A stretch of 64,000 bases of DNA, from NCBI GenBank assembly GCA_026025795.1, contig JAPEUG010000050.1, positions 1-64,000 of the forward strand, written 5' to 3'. Within the stretch, counting starts at the first letter, position 1. Each line of letters starts with the position of its first letter. The notes under the pieces are model-generated. The model saw nothing but the letters and a program-made list of their open reading frames with translations. It did no database searches and was not told the origin of the DNA. This DNA is from Thelocarpon superellum (taxonomy: Eukaryota). Position numbers and translations under genes: made by a program. Shown in pieces: positions 52,077 to 64,000 of the stretch.

Positions 52077-53055
52077 ATGTCCACCTCTCCAGAGTCTTTC
52101 GCCGTGGCCACGACCGTCACACCAACCTCGTCGCATGCCTATGCCGCCCACTTTCCCGCCGAGTGGTGTATCGGCGCTGGTGAGAATCACGAACTCTCCG
52201 CCAAGGGTCGTGGGCTGATGACAGGGGATAGTACCGCATGGTGGATATGTCACCTCGGTCTTCCAGCAAGTAGCTTCGACTCACTTCGCCACCGCCCTGG
52301 CCGCACAGCAACAGCCCCACACCATCTCACTGCATCTCGAGTTCCTCCGCCGGACCGTGGTGGGTCCGGCCGACTTCGAGGTGCGCGATGCTAAAGCTGG
52401 GCGGCAGACCTCCAACGTGCAAATCACCCTTCGTCAAGGCGGGCGTGAGGTGGTGACGGGCTTTCTCATCCAATCGAACATGCGCCTCGACTTCGGCCTC
52501 TCGCTGCCGACCGACTACGCCCTTCATCCCGCACCGATCGCGGCCGACATATCCAAACTGCGCCGCGACGCCGACCCCGAATGGGCACGCATGCCCGACG
52601 TTCCCTTCTCCAAATTCCGCAAGGCCACCCAGCGGGTGCACTTCTTCACGCCGCGGCATGGCCAGCGGCACGCGAGCATCACCGACCAGTGGCTCTCCTT
52701 TGTCAACGGGGAACGCTTCACCAATGAGAGCATAGGATTCGTGGCCGACATGTTCCTGCAGCCGGTGGAAAACTACCGTCCTTCCAAGGGCTCATCCGAC
52801 TCGGAGACGAGTGGATGGGTCCGTCATTGGTACCCCACGCTGGTCTTGAATCTCGAACCCAAGAAACTCTTACCTGATGAGGGCGTCGAGTTTCTGTTTG
52901 TGCGGGCTCGATCCAAGCAGATACAGAAGGGCCGGATGGACTTGGAAGTGACCGTGCTGGATGAGACGGGTGATATCGTGGCCTTGAGTAACCACCTCGC
53001 GTTGATCATGTCTGCCAGTCGGAATACGCAAGGTCGACTGGACTCCATCTTATGA
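52077..53055 (+). CDS. Acyl-CoA thioesterase-like (double hot-dog) protein
   Basis: EWCIGA-VPHGGY after one intron, HLEFLRRT, FVADMF, WYPTLVLNLE, GRMDLEVTVLDETGDIVALSNH. Confidence 0.87.
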
Positions 53056-54360
53056 GTATCGGGCATAGAAGTGAAGCGAAATAGAAGGACCGTCGGCAGG
53101 CATCGTTCCACCTAGTGTCTCTTGCATTAGCTGGGGGGCCGTCAGTCCTGGAAACTAGGTGCCTAGCTGGGTGTCGGTATAATTAGGGTCGGCAACATAC
53201 GCAGCTATAGGCGCGGAGCAGAGCTTGACAAACATAGAGGAGGGAGCGAGAGGTGGGGCGACAGTTGAGCCTCTGTAGAAGCGCCTCGACGCGACAGACT
53301 GGTGGTGGATGTGATTGGACCGTCGAGAATGTTTCAGATTCGTACCTGCGGTGGAACTCTGGGGGGCTGACGTGCTCAACCTTAACTACTGTGCCGGGAG
53401 GACGAAGGCTCATGCTTGAGCTGCATGGTAGGCGCACAGTACACACGCGTGTGGCCTTGATCATTGTAGACCCTAGTTCATCTGGGATACCCATCCATGC
53501 CTATGTCACGGGCCAGGTAGCCAGTGCTGATGAGTACTTCTGGCTTGAGGAATGTTCGTGAAATGCTGCACTCAAACAGCCGGAGGAGAGAATAGCTTCT
53601 TGCGACCGTTGCCAGTCATTCTGCTGGAAGCGCCGGAAAGGGCGTTGGTTGGGGTCGCTAATGACCTGCCAGAAGGCCTGGTCCCTGGGCTCCTCCCAAA
53701 CACGACGGACCCTCGAGGTACGAGTACGTGAACATACTCTTGACCGTACTGTACTCGTATACGCTTCGTACCGCGCCGTATAATACCGGACCCTCGCCCA
53801 GGTACCCGTACTAACTGAAGGAGCACTGGCACTGGATCGGACTGCGCTGCTGTACCTCACCCTTTGCCACCATCGGACTGGTATCGAGGAGACGAAGTGC
53901 CGATCTCGTCCTCCCACTCGTCGTTCCCCACCTTCCTCCATCTTCGGACCGACCGACTGGACGAGGGCTTGCAGGTACGGCGGAACCTTCATAGGTCAAG
54001 ATGCTCTAGTGCTATTCGAGAGCCTCTCCTCCCACGTCCTCCCCGTCGTCCTCGATCCTTGATCTATGCACCTGTCATTTTGGCGCATGGCTCATCTTAC
54101 CGGTACTGCTCGAGCCCCCGCCAACCCCGACAGCTTCACCTCGTGCATCATCCTGCACCATCCGTCGCCGCATCACGAGGTCATTCCGTTGCCCGTGCCT
54201 GCCCGTGCCTGCCTGTGCCTGCCCCACCTTTGCATCCTTCCACTCTCGATCCGCGTCACCAACAACGCGCCTCATCGTCCGTCGTCCGCCGTCCGTCCCC
54301 TCTTCATAAGCTGCCCGGCCATAGCCCTTACGGCCCTGCGCCGGCCGCGCCCGCGTGGTG

Positions 54361-57300
54361 ATGGGGGCCGTCAGCAGCCGACTCGATGAGGGGCCGGCAC
54401 TCTTTCTCCGGGAGCAGTCCCGCCTGAGCATCGCCTCCTTAGCCATCACCCACGCCAAGAGGAAACGAACCCTGCTGAACGTCACCTCGGATGCATATCC
54501 CGCCACTCGGATCGCCGTCTCCCGTGGCACTGGCGACGACTCGGTCCTTGACTTCGTCCAGGACCCCGAAGCCTCTTCCAATCCCGCCTTCTTGCTGCGG
54601 CTCAATAACGATGACGATCTAGAATTCACCTTCACGCTCATCTTCCGACAGCCCGACGTTACGACGTCGTCTCGGGAAGCCGTCGAGACTACCATCCACG
54701 GCCTTACTTTTGCCTTCGCCTCGACGCCGCGAGAGCTCGACAACCTGGTCACGCGGGAGTTCCACGCCGACCCGAATTTCCATAAGAATTCCAACGTCCA
54801 GCTCCTTGGTGATTATGGCACCGATGGCAGCCCGTCCGTCTCGTTAGAATGGTCGTGGAAATGGAGACCACCGAAGCCGGTCGAAGACCGGGGTGGCGGC
54901 TGGCGTACCACCTGCAGCGTAGGTCTCCCTCGATGCGCCGCCCTCTCTTGCTTCCCGCTGATCATTCCCGTAGTTTCTCGAGTATGACCAACGCGCGCAT
55001 CGGCTGAACTCCCTCGCTACCTTTTCATTCTGGGTGCAGAGTAAGTCGTCCCGCCTCACCGTGCGTCAGCCTGCCTGACGAGCGATGATCAGATACGTCA
55101 CGGAACAATACCAGTCCACCAATGCCCGGGGCCACCTTTGAGATGGCCCGTCCGCGGAAAACCCGCCTGGCCTCGACGCAGTCCCTAGAGTCGGGCCTGA
55201 GCGCGCCAGATGAGCGCGACGAAAGATCCGACACCTATCCGGAGCCTGCCTCGCCCGGCGAGGCCCCGGCCGAGAACGGGTTGGGCATGGTGCCGCCGCC
55301 AAGCGGCAACGTCAAAGTCGACGTCAGCTGTCAGCGGCCGGGCGAGGACATGAGTGCGGTCGAGGACGGCCCGCTGTTCCGCGCCACCATGAAATCCATG
55401 GAGCAGAAGACGGGGAACATGCGCATCAAGATGAAGAAGGTGCTGAAGAAGGCCGAGGCTGCCCAGCAGGCTCAGGTCGAGTGCAACGCCGCCGCTGCCG
55501 CCTTCACCGACGCCCTACGAGAGGCCTCGATCTCCAACGCGAATGCCATCCAACCCGCGCTCGAGCACTACTTTGAGCGGATCGCCAAGGAGATTCTCCA
55601 CTACGAGCGGCAGAATACGACGCACCTGCAGAAGCTCATCATCGATCCCCTGACAAAGCTCTACACCTACGACATCAAACAAGCCGAGGCCAAGAAGAAG
55701 GAGTTTGAAGACGAGAGCCGCGATTACTACGCCTACGTCGGCCGCTATCTGGGCCAGCGACAGGACTCGCTCAAGGAGAAGAAGCGGGTGGAGAGCGACT
55801 CCAAGTATCAGAGCAAGCGACGCAACTTTGAGCTCAAGCGCTTCGACTACTCCTCGTTCATGCAGGACCTCCACGGCGGCCGCAAGGAGCAAGAGGTGCT
55901 GTCGCACCTGACTCGCTACGCCGACGCCCAGGCCAGGAGCTACATGAGCGCGGCGAAGAAGGTGGAGAAGATGGTGCCTCAGCTCGAGGCGCTCACCTAC
56001 GAGGTCAAGGAGGCCGACAAGGAGTTCCAGTTTCACCGCACCGAGCGCGAGGAGAAGCGGCGCACGCTCGAGAAGAGCACCAAGCCCTACGTCGAGCCGG
56101 AATCGACGTCGGCAAGTCTCGCCGTGCCCTCGCCGCATCCCACGGCCAATGGCGGATATCTATCCGACTCGGAGCTGGGTCGGGGCACGAGCTCAGGTTC
56201 GTCCTTGCAGACGGCCGGCTCCAATGGCACCTCGGCCTTGCTACCCTACCCCGGCTCGGCCCCGTCCACGCTCAACGCCCTTTCGAGTTCGCCCGGCACG
56301 CAGCCATTGGCGGGCGTGCCCAGCCGCGGCCGCGGCTCCGACAAATTCAAGGGCTTCCGCGATCTCGAGGAACGGGATCACAGCAGCCACGCAACATCGG
56401 AGAAGACTCTCAACCAGCAGCGGAAGGAGGGCCTGTTGTGGGCCCTCAGCCGACCAGGGAGTCACGTGGATCCCAAGGGACTGAATAAGCAAGCGTGGCA
56501 TAAGTGAGTTCCGGGACGATAGGACGATGAGAGGCAGGCAGACGCTGATCATGACCATGACAGATTCTGGATCGTGCTCGATCAAGGGACGCTCTCGGAG
56601 TACAGCAATTGGAAGCAGAAGCTCGACCTCCACATGGATCCGATCGACCTCCGGATGGCGTCGGTGCGCGAGGCGCGCAATGCGGAGCGACGGTTCTGCT
56701 TTGAAGTTATCACGCCCCATTACAAACGTGTGTACCAGGCGACGTCGGAGGAGGACATGACAAGTTGGATCTCATCCATCAACAATGCCCTTCAGAGCGC
56801 CGTCGAGGGCCGGGGCACATCCCGCAACGTGACCCCGTCCATGACGAGCGACGTGACGTCCAATCGACCGGATATCAAGTCGGCCTTAACCGGCAAGATC
56901 TCGGCGTACGTGGGACTGCCCAGCCACACGCAGTCGACCCACGGCCACCATGCCCAGGGACCAACGTCGCACCCGATGGGCAACAACATCCATCGGCGCA
57001 CGACGGTGGCTGGGCGACCGACGTATCTCCGCAGCAACAGCAGCAGCTTCGACGAGAATCCCTCGCGCCTCCTGCAGATCGTGCGCGACGCCGATCAGGG
57101 CAACTGCTGGTGTGCCGACTGCGGGTCGGGCATCAAGACAGAGTGGGTGTCAATCAACCTTGGCATCATCCTATGCATCGAGTGCAGCGGCATTCACCGC
57201 TCGCTGGGCACGCATATCACCAAGATCCGCTCCCTGACGCTCGACACGACCTCGTTCAGCACGGACATTGTGGAGTTGCTGCTGCAGGTGGGCAACCGGG

Positions 57301-57971
57301 TGTCCAACATGATCTGGGAGGCGAAGTTGGACGCGACCTCCCCGACCCCGAAGCCCACGCCGACAGCGACGCGCGAGCAACGGCTGAGATTCATCACGGC
57401 CAAGTACGTCGACCGGGCGTACGTCGCGCCCATCTCCCCCACGCTCTCCCGCTATTCGACGCCCGAGGAAACGCTGCTAGCCTCGATCAAGCAGAACGAT
57501 CTCCAGGGCGTTCTGTATGGGCTCGCGCTCGGGGCCTCCCCAAACGCGACCGACCGCTCACGCGCCACGCATGCCGTCTTCCTTGCGCTGGCGGCCACGG
57601 ACCCGGCCTCGTCGCAAGCACCTGGCACGTCGCCTACCAGCCCCAAAAACTCCACCACCCCTTTCCCCATCCCCGAGCTGCTCGTCCAAAATGGCGCCGT
57701 CATCCCCACCACCCTCCCCGCCTTCCCACTCAGCCGCAACGCCACCGTCTACGTCGAGCAGAAGAGTGGACGCGAAGTGGGCGGGGCTGCGAAGCCCGGT
57801 GCGATGCAGACACAGCCTTCGGCGGGTGGCCCGACGGACTCACTAGGCTCTCTCCCGGGCTTTGGTAGTCCAGCCGCCGAGCGTGATCGCGCTAAGGAGG
57901 CCGAGTCCAGATTGCAGAAACGTGTCAGTGCGGGGGGGAGACTTGCCCGGTCTTCTCATGGAGATGGCTGA
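54361..57971 (+). CDS. BAR-PH-ArfGAP protein (ACAP/csx2-like)
   Basis: EDGPLFRAT (BAR start), RKEGLLWAL...WHKFWIVL...ERRFCFEVITP (PH), CADC...WVSINLGIILCIECSGIHRSLG (ArfGAP). Confidence 0.92.
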
Positions 57972-58972
57972 TGCAGAAGGAAGAGGGGGAAAGGGGAGTA
58001 ACGCACACTTCTTGTCCGTTTGGGTATGACCTCGTCGTGCGCCGTATGCCACTGCAGCTCGGAGTGTATGATTTACATTGTGCGGAACATTGTGCATTGC
58101 GCGATGTGCGATCTGCTGTGTGCTATGCGCAGTGTCTACGGTCTGTTGGTTGGTTGGGCGGCTTGTTGGTTGAAGATCGGTATGGAAAGGAATGGGTAGG
58201 ATACGGCACGGTCCATGTTGTTTTCGATCCACTCTCTTCCTTCTTCCTTTTCTCTCTTCTTTCTTGCTTGATTCGCCCTTGTCAGTTTCGTCTTCATTCA
58301 CTACTTGTCCCTGACAAAGTCGGGTGTCTGGAGCAAGGACAGTATGCGATGGGCGGGAGGAACAGTCCAATCCAGTCCACTAATGGAAGGGAAGGGAAAG
58401 GACAGGAATCGGGCTAAGACGGAGTAATGGAGGAAAGGAAGGATGGGAGGATGGGACAAGGAGTCGGTGGGACAGGGTTGGATAAAACTGTCCCGCAAGT
58501 CCACCAAGTTTTATTGTCTTCCGAGTCGCCGTGTGATGACTATTCTTTCCTCGGTGGGAAATCCTCGTGTGGACTGTATTATATCATGTCATATGACGAG
58601 ACGAGAGTTGGGGAGAAAACGGTCGTTTATTTTCATTCGATACACCAGCACCAGCACCACCATCGTCGTACAATACATGGCGTGGCTCGCCGACTCACCA
58701 ACTCACTCATTCACGAGTAAGAAGGAGAAGGAGACGAAGAAACATCCGTAGACGTGGAACCAGGACGCGTCAAATAAGCATGGGCACGTATGGAGGAGGG
58801 GAAAAAGAGTAGGAAGAGAAAAAGAGAGGGAGAGAATGCGTGTGATGCGTGACGATGCCAAGTTCGTTGTCCTCACCATACTTTCCCTCTGTCGAGATCT
58901 CTTCTTTTGGGGGTCTCGTTACTTTCATATCATGAATGAATGGAACGCATTGTTGCTCGAAAAACCAAACCG

Positions 58973-60046
58973 TCACATAAAGTCGTCCCTTTGCACGCGA
59001 GTCAGCTGACTGAAGGGAAGGAGAAGAAGAGGGGGAAATGGGGGACGGGGTCAGTATGGACTTGTGAAACGCACCCGTCGTCCAACCCATCTTCATATGC
59101 CGTCGTGTCGGCCTTGAGACTCGTGTCGCGATTGGCATTGAGGCTCTTTTTGTTCTTTGCCGCCTTGGTCTTCTTGCCGCCCTTGTCTGCGTTCTTCTCC
59201 TCCTTCATCTTCTCGTTGCTCAGGGTTGTCAGGGCGCTGCCGATCTTCTTCGTCTCCTCGCTCGTCAGCTCCTTGGCGAGTTGCTTGCAGAACTCGCCCA
59301 GGAAGAGCGTATATTGCGCCTTTTTGCCGTTGGCCGCGATGATGGGCACGAGCGTCTCGCGCAGCTTGGTGAACCCGTCCTTCGTGTTGGGGTTGAAGAG
59401 CGGAAGGGCAGACAGGTCGATGGTTTGAGCGGGATTCTTGGGGTCGGGCGCCACCACCACTGGCTTGGCGGCGGATCGCTTGGTGCTGATGCCAATGTTG
59501 CCAAAGAGGTCCTCCGCGTGGCCGAGGTCGGCGTCTTGCTCCGTCTGGCGCAGGCGCGCCCGTCGGTCCGCTTCATCTTCCTCTTCCTCCGACGACGTAT
59601 CCTCTTCTTCCTCTAGCTTCTTGCGCGCCGCCGCCCGCTCGGCGACCCGCTGCGCCTTGGACTTCTTGTTCGCTGCCGCGATGGCGTCTGCTTTCGCTTT
59701 GCGCTCGGCGGCCTCTTTGGCTTTCTTGGCTTCTTCTTCCGAGTCTTCTGCCGCGTCCCAAGATTCTATGACCTGGCCGTCGTCATGGGTTAGAGCATGT
59801 CGTGGCCGAAGAGATCTCGACGCACATCACTATCCTCTTCTTCGTCGTCAAACTTGGATCGTCGGGGCACGGCCGCCGTGGTGGGTGGTGACGACGGCGG
59901 GGTACTATCGTCCTCTTCGTCTGCGCATTACAACGGCACTGGTCAGCGAGAGCCCACCAGATTCTTGACGGAAGGTATGAAGAAGGAATCCGCGGTGCCA
60001 AAGATTGCGGTCATGACTCACCCCATTTTGATTTGGCGGGTGCCAT
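58973..60046 (-). CDS. HCR1: Eukaryotic translation initiation factor 3 subunit J
   Basis: MAPAKSKW-DEED...SKFDDEEE...ESWDAAEDSEEE, RLRQTEQDADLGHAEDLFG, TTLSNEKMKEEK, ending DDGDDFM*; four exons. Confidence 0.93.
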
Positions 60047-60552
60047 GTTGTGCGATCGTCGCCCCGGCCCGCTGCCCCTTGAAAGCACCTCGGTCTTTTG
60101 GCGACGTTTGCGTGCGCACCAACTGCGGGGAGACGGTCGGATTCGCGGCGTGTGATCTGTGTAGCGGCCACTAGATCTTTGATGAAGCGTCGGATGCGAC
60201 TGGGAGGTAGGGAGCAGAGGGGCGGAAAGAGTAAGAGACAGCACGGTGAAGTCCAGCGAGGGCCGAAGGGAGGTGAACCGAAGGGAGGTGAAGTGGGACA
60301 ACGCTTGAAATTCCACTACTTGGATGGGTCGGACGAGGTTGGTGGGGTGGTGCCCGACATGCCGACGGACAATTGTCGCCTAGTTTGATCCGCCCTACGA
60401 GGACTTACAGTGCTTTACTGTTGTTGACCAGTCAGGAATTGAAGTTAGCTTCTTGAGTTCCGCCTTTCAAGTGTTTGCGCATCAGGAAATGGAGGTCGCT
60501 TCTTCGGGCATGGCGCCGTCACGTGCATGGAGCCGTAATTGTCTCGAGCGGA

Positions 60553-61988
60553 TTAGGATCCAAATGCAAGAACAGAGGGGGGCTTCGGCAGCAGCGAGAG
60601 CTTACACTTCCCCACGTAAAGCCTGAAGGCGTACGTCTTGTCGGGCACAACGTCGACTAACTTCTGCGTGAGTGACGTGAAGCCTCCTAGGGAGTCACCC
60701 TCGACGTCCCTGAGAGCTAGGACAAGTACGTCGATCCTCTTGACGGATGACGATGGACTCACGCGAAGTTGGCGCCATCATAGGCGCACAGAGAGTCGTC
60801 GCATTCGTTGATGATGACACTATACGGATCCCATACAAACAAGCCTGACCAGGGCGGCGCCGATGAGCCTCCGCTGCTTGTTTCGAAGCTCGGGTTCTGC
60901 ACTACTTGAAGCGGGCAACAGTGGTCACCGAAACTGGTGGCGCCGTAGAGGTGACGGTCCCAGTCAGGTCAATGGTCGACGCGTCTGGGCTTCACATCAG
61001 ATTCGTCGAGTTGTACGCTGAGATCTTGACTTACCTATTGCGGTCGTGATGTCCTCAATCTCGAACGTGGAAATGGTCTTTGTCTCGGTCATAGGATCAA
61101 ACGTAGAAATAGTACTGACAAGCATCGTCGACGTCGTGGAGGGCTCGTCACGGTGACAACAGTGGCGGTGACGGCCGTGACTGGACTTGTGACATTACTT
61201 GTCGTGGCGGTGGAGGCCGTGACAGGGACTATTGTCGACACCGTTGTCGATGAGGTAGGCGTCGGCAGATCGAGACACGAGCAAGCATCGGAGATGGCAG
61301 TGGAGGCAAAGGATTGGATCAAGGCTGGGATGCTGATCGAAAGCTTTCCGAGCGCGGCGGCTTTCACGGATCGATGCCTCAATGAGTCCGGGTACACTGT
61401 CGTCGTGGTTGACAATGTGACTATGTCTGTTACGGAATCGGCGGTGGTGCGCTCCGTCAAGACCGTGGAGATAGCTGTGATGCTCGTGATGTCGCTCACC
61501 TCGATACTGAAGGTCCATCAGCTTGCGTTTAGTCCCAAAGCAGGCCATGGGTTGGAGCCTAGTGGCGGTGACATCGGCCGCCGTAGGGGTCGTCAGAGAT
61601 GTTGCTGTCACTACGACAACAGTGGAAACGATTGTCGTCGATACCTCCGTCGAAACTGATTGTTGGGGATGGTGTCGTTATCACCGTCGCAGTGGTGGTA
61701 GACGTTTGCGATGTGGCCGCAGTCTGCGTCTGGGTCACAGGAATAATGGACAGATAGCTCCAACAAAGCGAAGTCGCCTTGAACAGCTTGAGGAGGTCGA
61801 CCACCAAATCTGGCGATGGACTGCCTCGCACTTAAGCCGCCGAGGATCAGTCAGGTGCCGACGCGTCTGTACTGTTCTAGGCTAAGTACACAGCCCCGTC
61901 ACGGTGTCGAGACCTCAGACAGCGGCGGATTCATCCGTCAGGTTCTGGAGGTCAGAAGACCTAACAGTAGTAAAGATGATAAGTACAT
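60553..61988 (-). pseudogene. Disrupted Thr-rich secreted/cell-wall protein with C-terminal CBM4/9-like module
   Basis: Signal-like MYLSSLLLLGLLTSRT then TGA at 61938-61940. VDLLKLFKATSLCWSYLSI, Thr/Val-rich stalks, STAISDACSCL, (C)PLQVVQNPSFE and SLTQKLVDVVPDKTYAF are spread over frames, with frameshifts near 61660 and 60915. Confidence 0.65.
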
Positions 61989-62335
61989 TCCGCCACACAC
62001 TGCGAAGCTCTCATACCAGCGCACATTCTCCACGAACTCGCTCTCACGTTGCCTCCCTCCAAGTGGTGGTAGTGGAGTACATGCAAGGAAATCCCTCTGT
62101 CAGGATACGTCACAGCCAAGATACATCTATTCCGTCCTTGGTATGCTCGTTGTTCTCCATCAGATCTGACGACGGCGAAATAGCGAAATCATTTCCTCTA
62201 TGCTTTTCTGGAGCCAATTCTTCCTGCAGCCTATCTAGACGTCGCATCCTCAACCACTAGCGTTTCTCTCGCCCTGCCCATTCGTCTTGATCACATGGAC
62301 CTTCGTGATCTGGTCACCTCTGAGTCGTCCTTCTC

Positions 62336-64000
<1,665 letters not shown>

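Noticed and set aside
53035..53055. Thioesterase C-terminus SIL as a PTS1
   Set aside because: Lacks the basic residue at position -2; only a weak resemblance to SKL.

Overview
GC-rich, intron-containing (GT-AG, mostly 50-120 nt introns) filamentous ascomycete (Pezizomycotina-like) chromosomal DNA; the species cannot be determined from sequence alone. About 20 intact genes were reconstructed by hand-splicing. Conserved genes: SERCA-type Ca2+-ATPase (5' truncated), proteasome beta-3, TUG/Ubx4-like UBX protein, RPL36, hybrid histidine kinase, Pth11-like membrane protein, GAP1-like amino acid permease, ppk16-like kinase, Psh1-like RING E3, NatB auxiliary subunit, Ilm1, GGTase-I beta, C2-domain protein, thioesterase, BAR-PH-ArfGAP, eIF3j and enolase. 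Accessory content between them: an orphan secreted glycoprotein, a small two-LysM secreted protein, a 113-aa YABBY-type HMG-box protein visible only after splicing (with a hairpin in intron 1 and a 15-bp inverted repeat linking intron 1 and the 3' flank), and two decaying pseudogenes (Ser/Thr kinase; Thr-rich secreted protein). Several short tandem repeats match the G-quadruplex pattern. No tRNA, rRNA, CRISPR array or recognisable transposon was seen. All family assignments rest on motif recognition from memory, not database searches.
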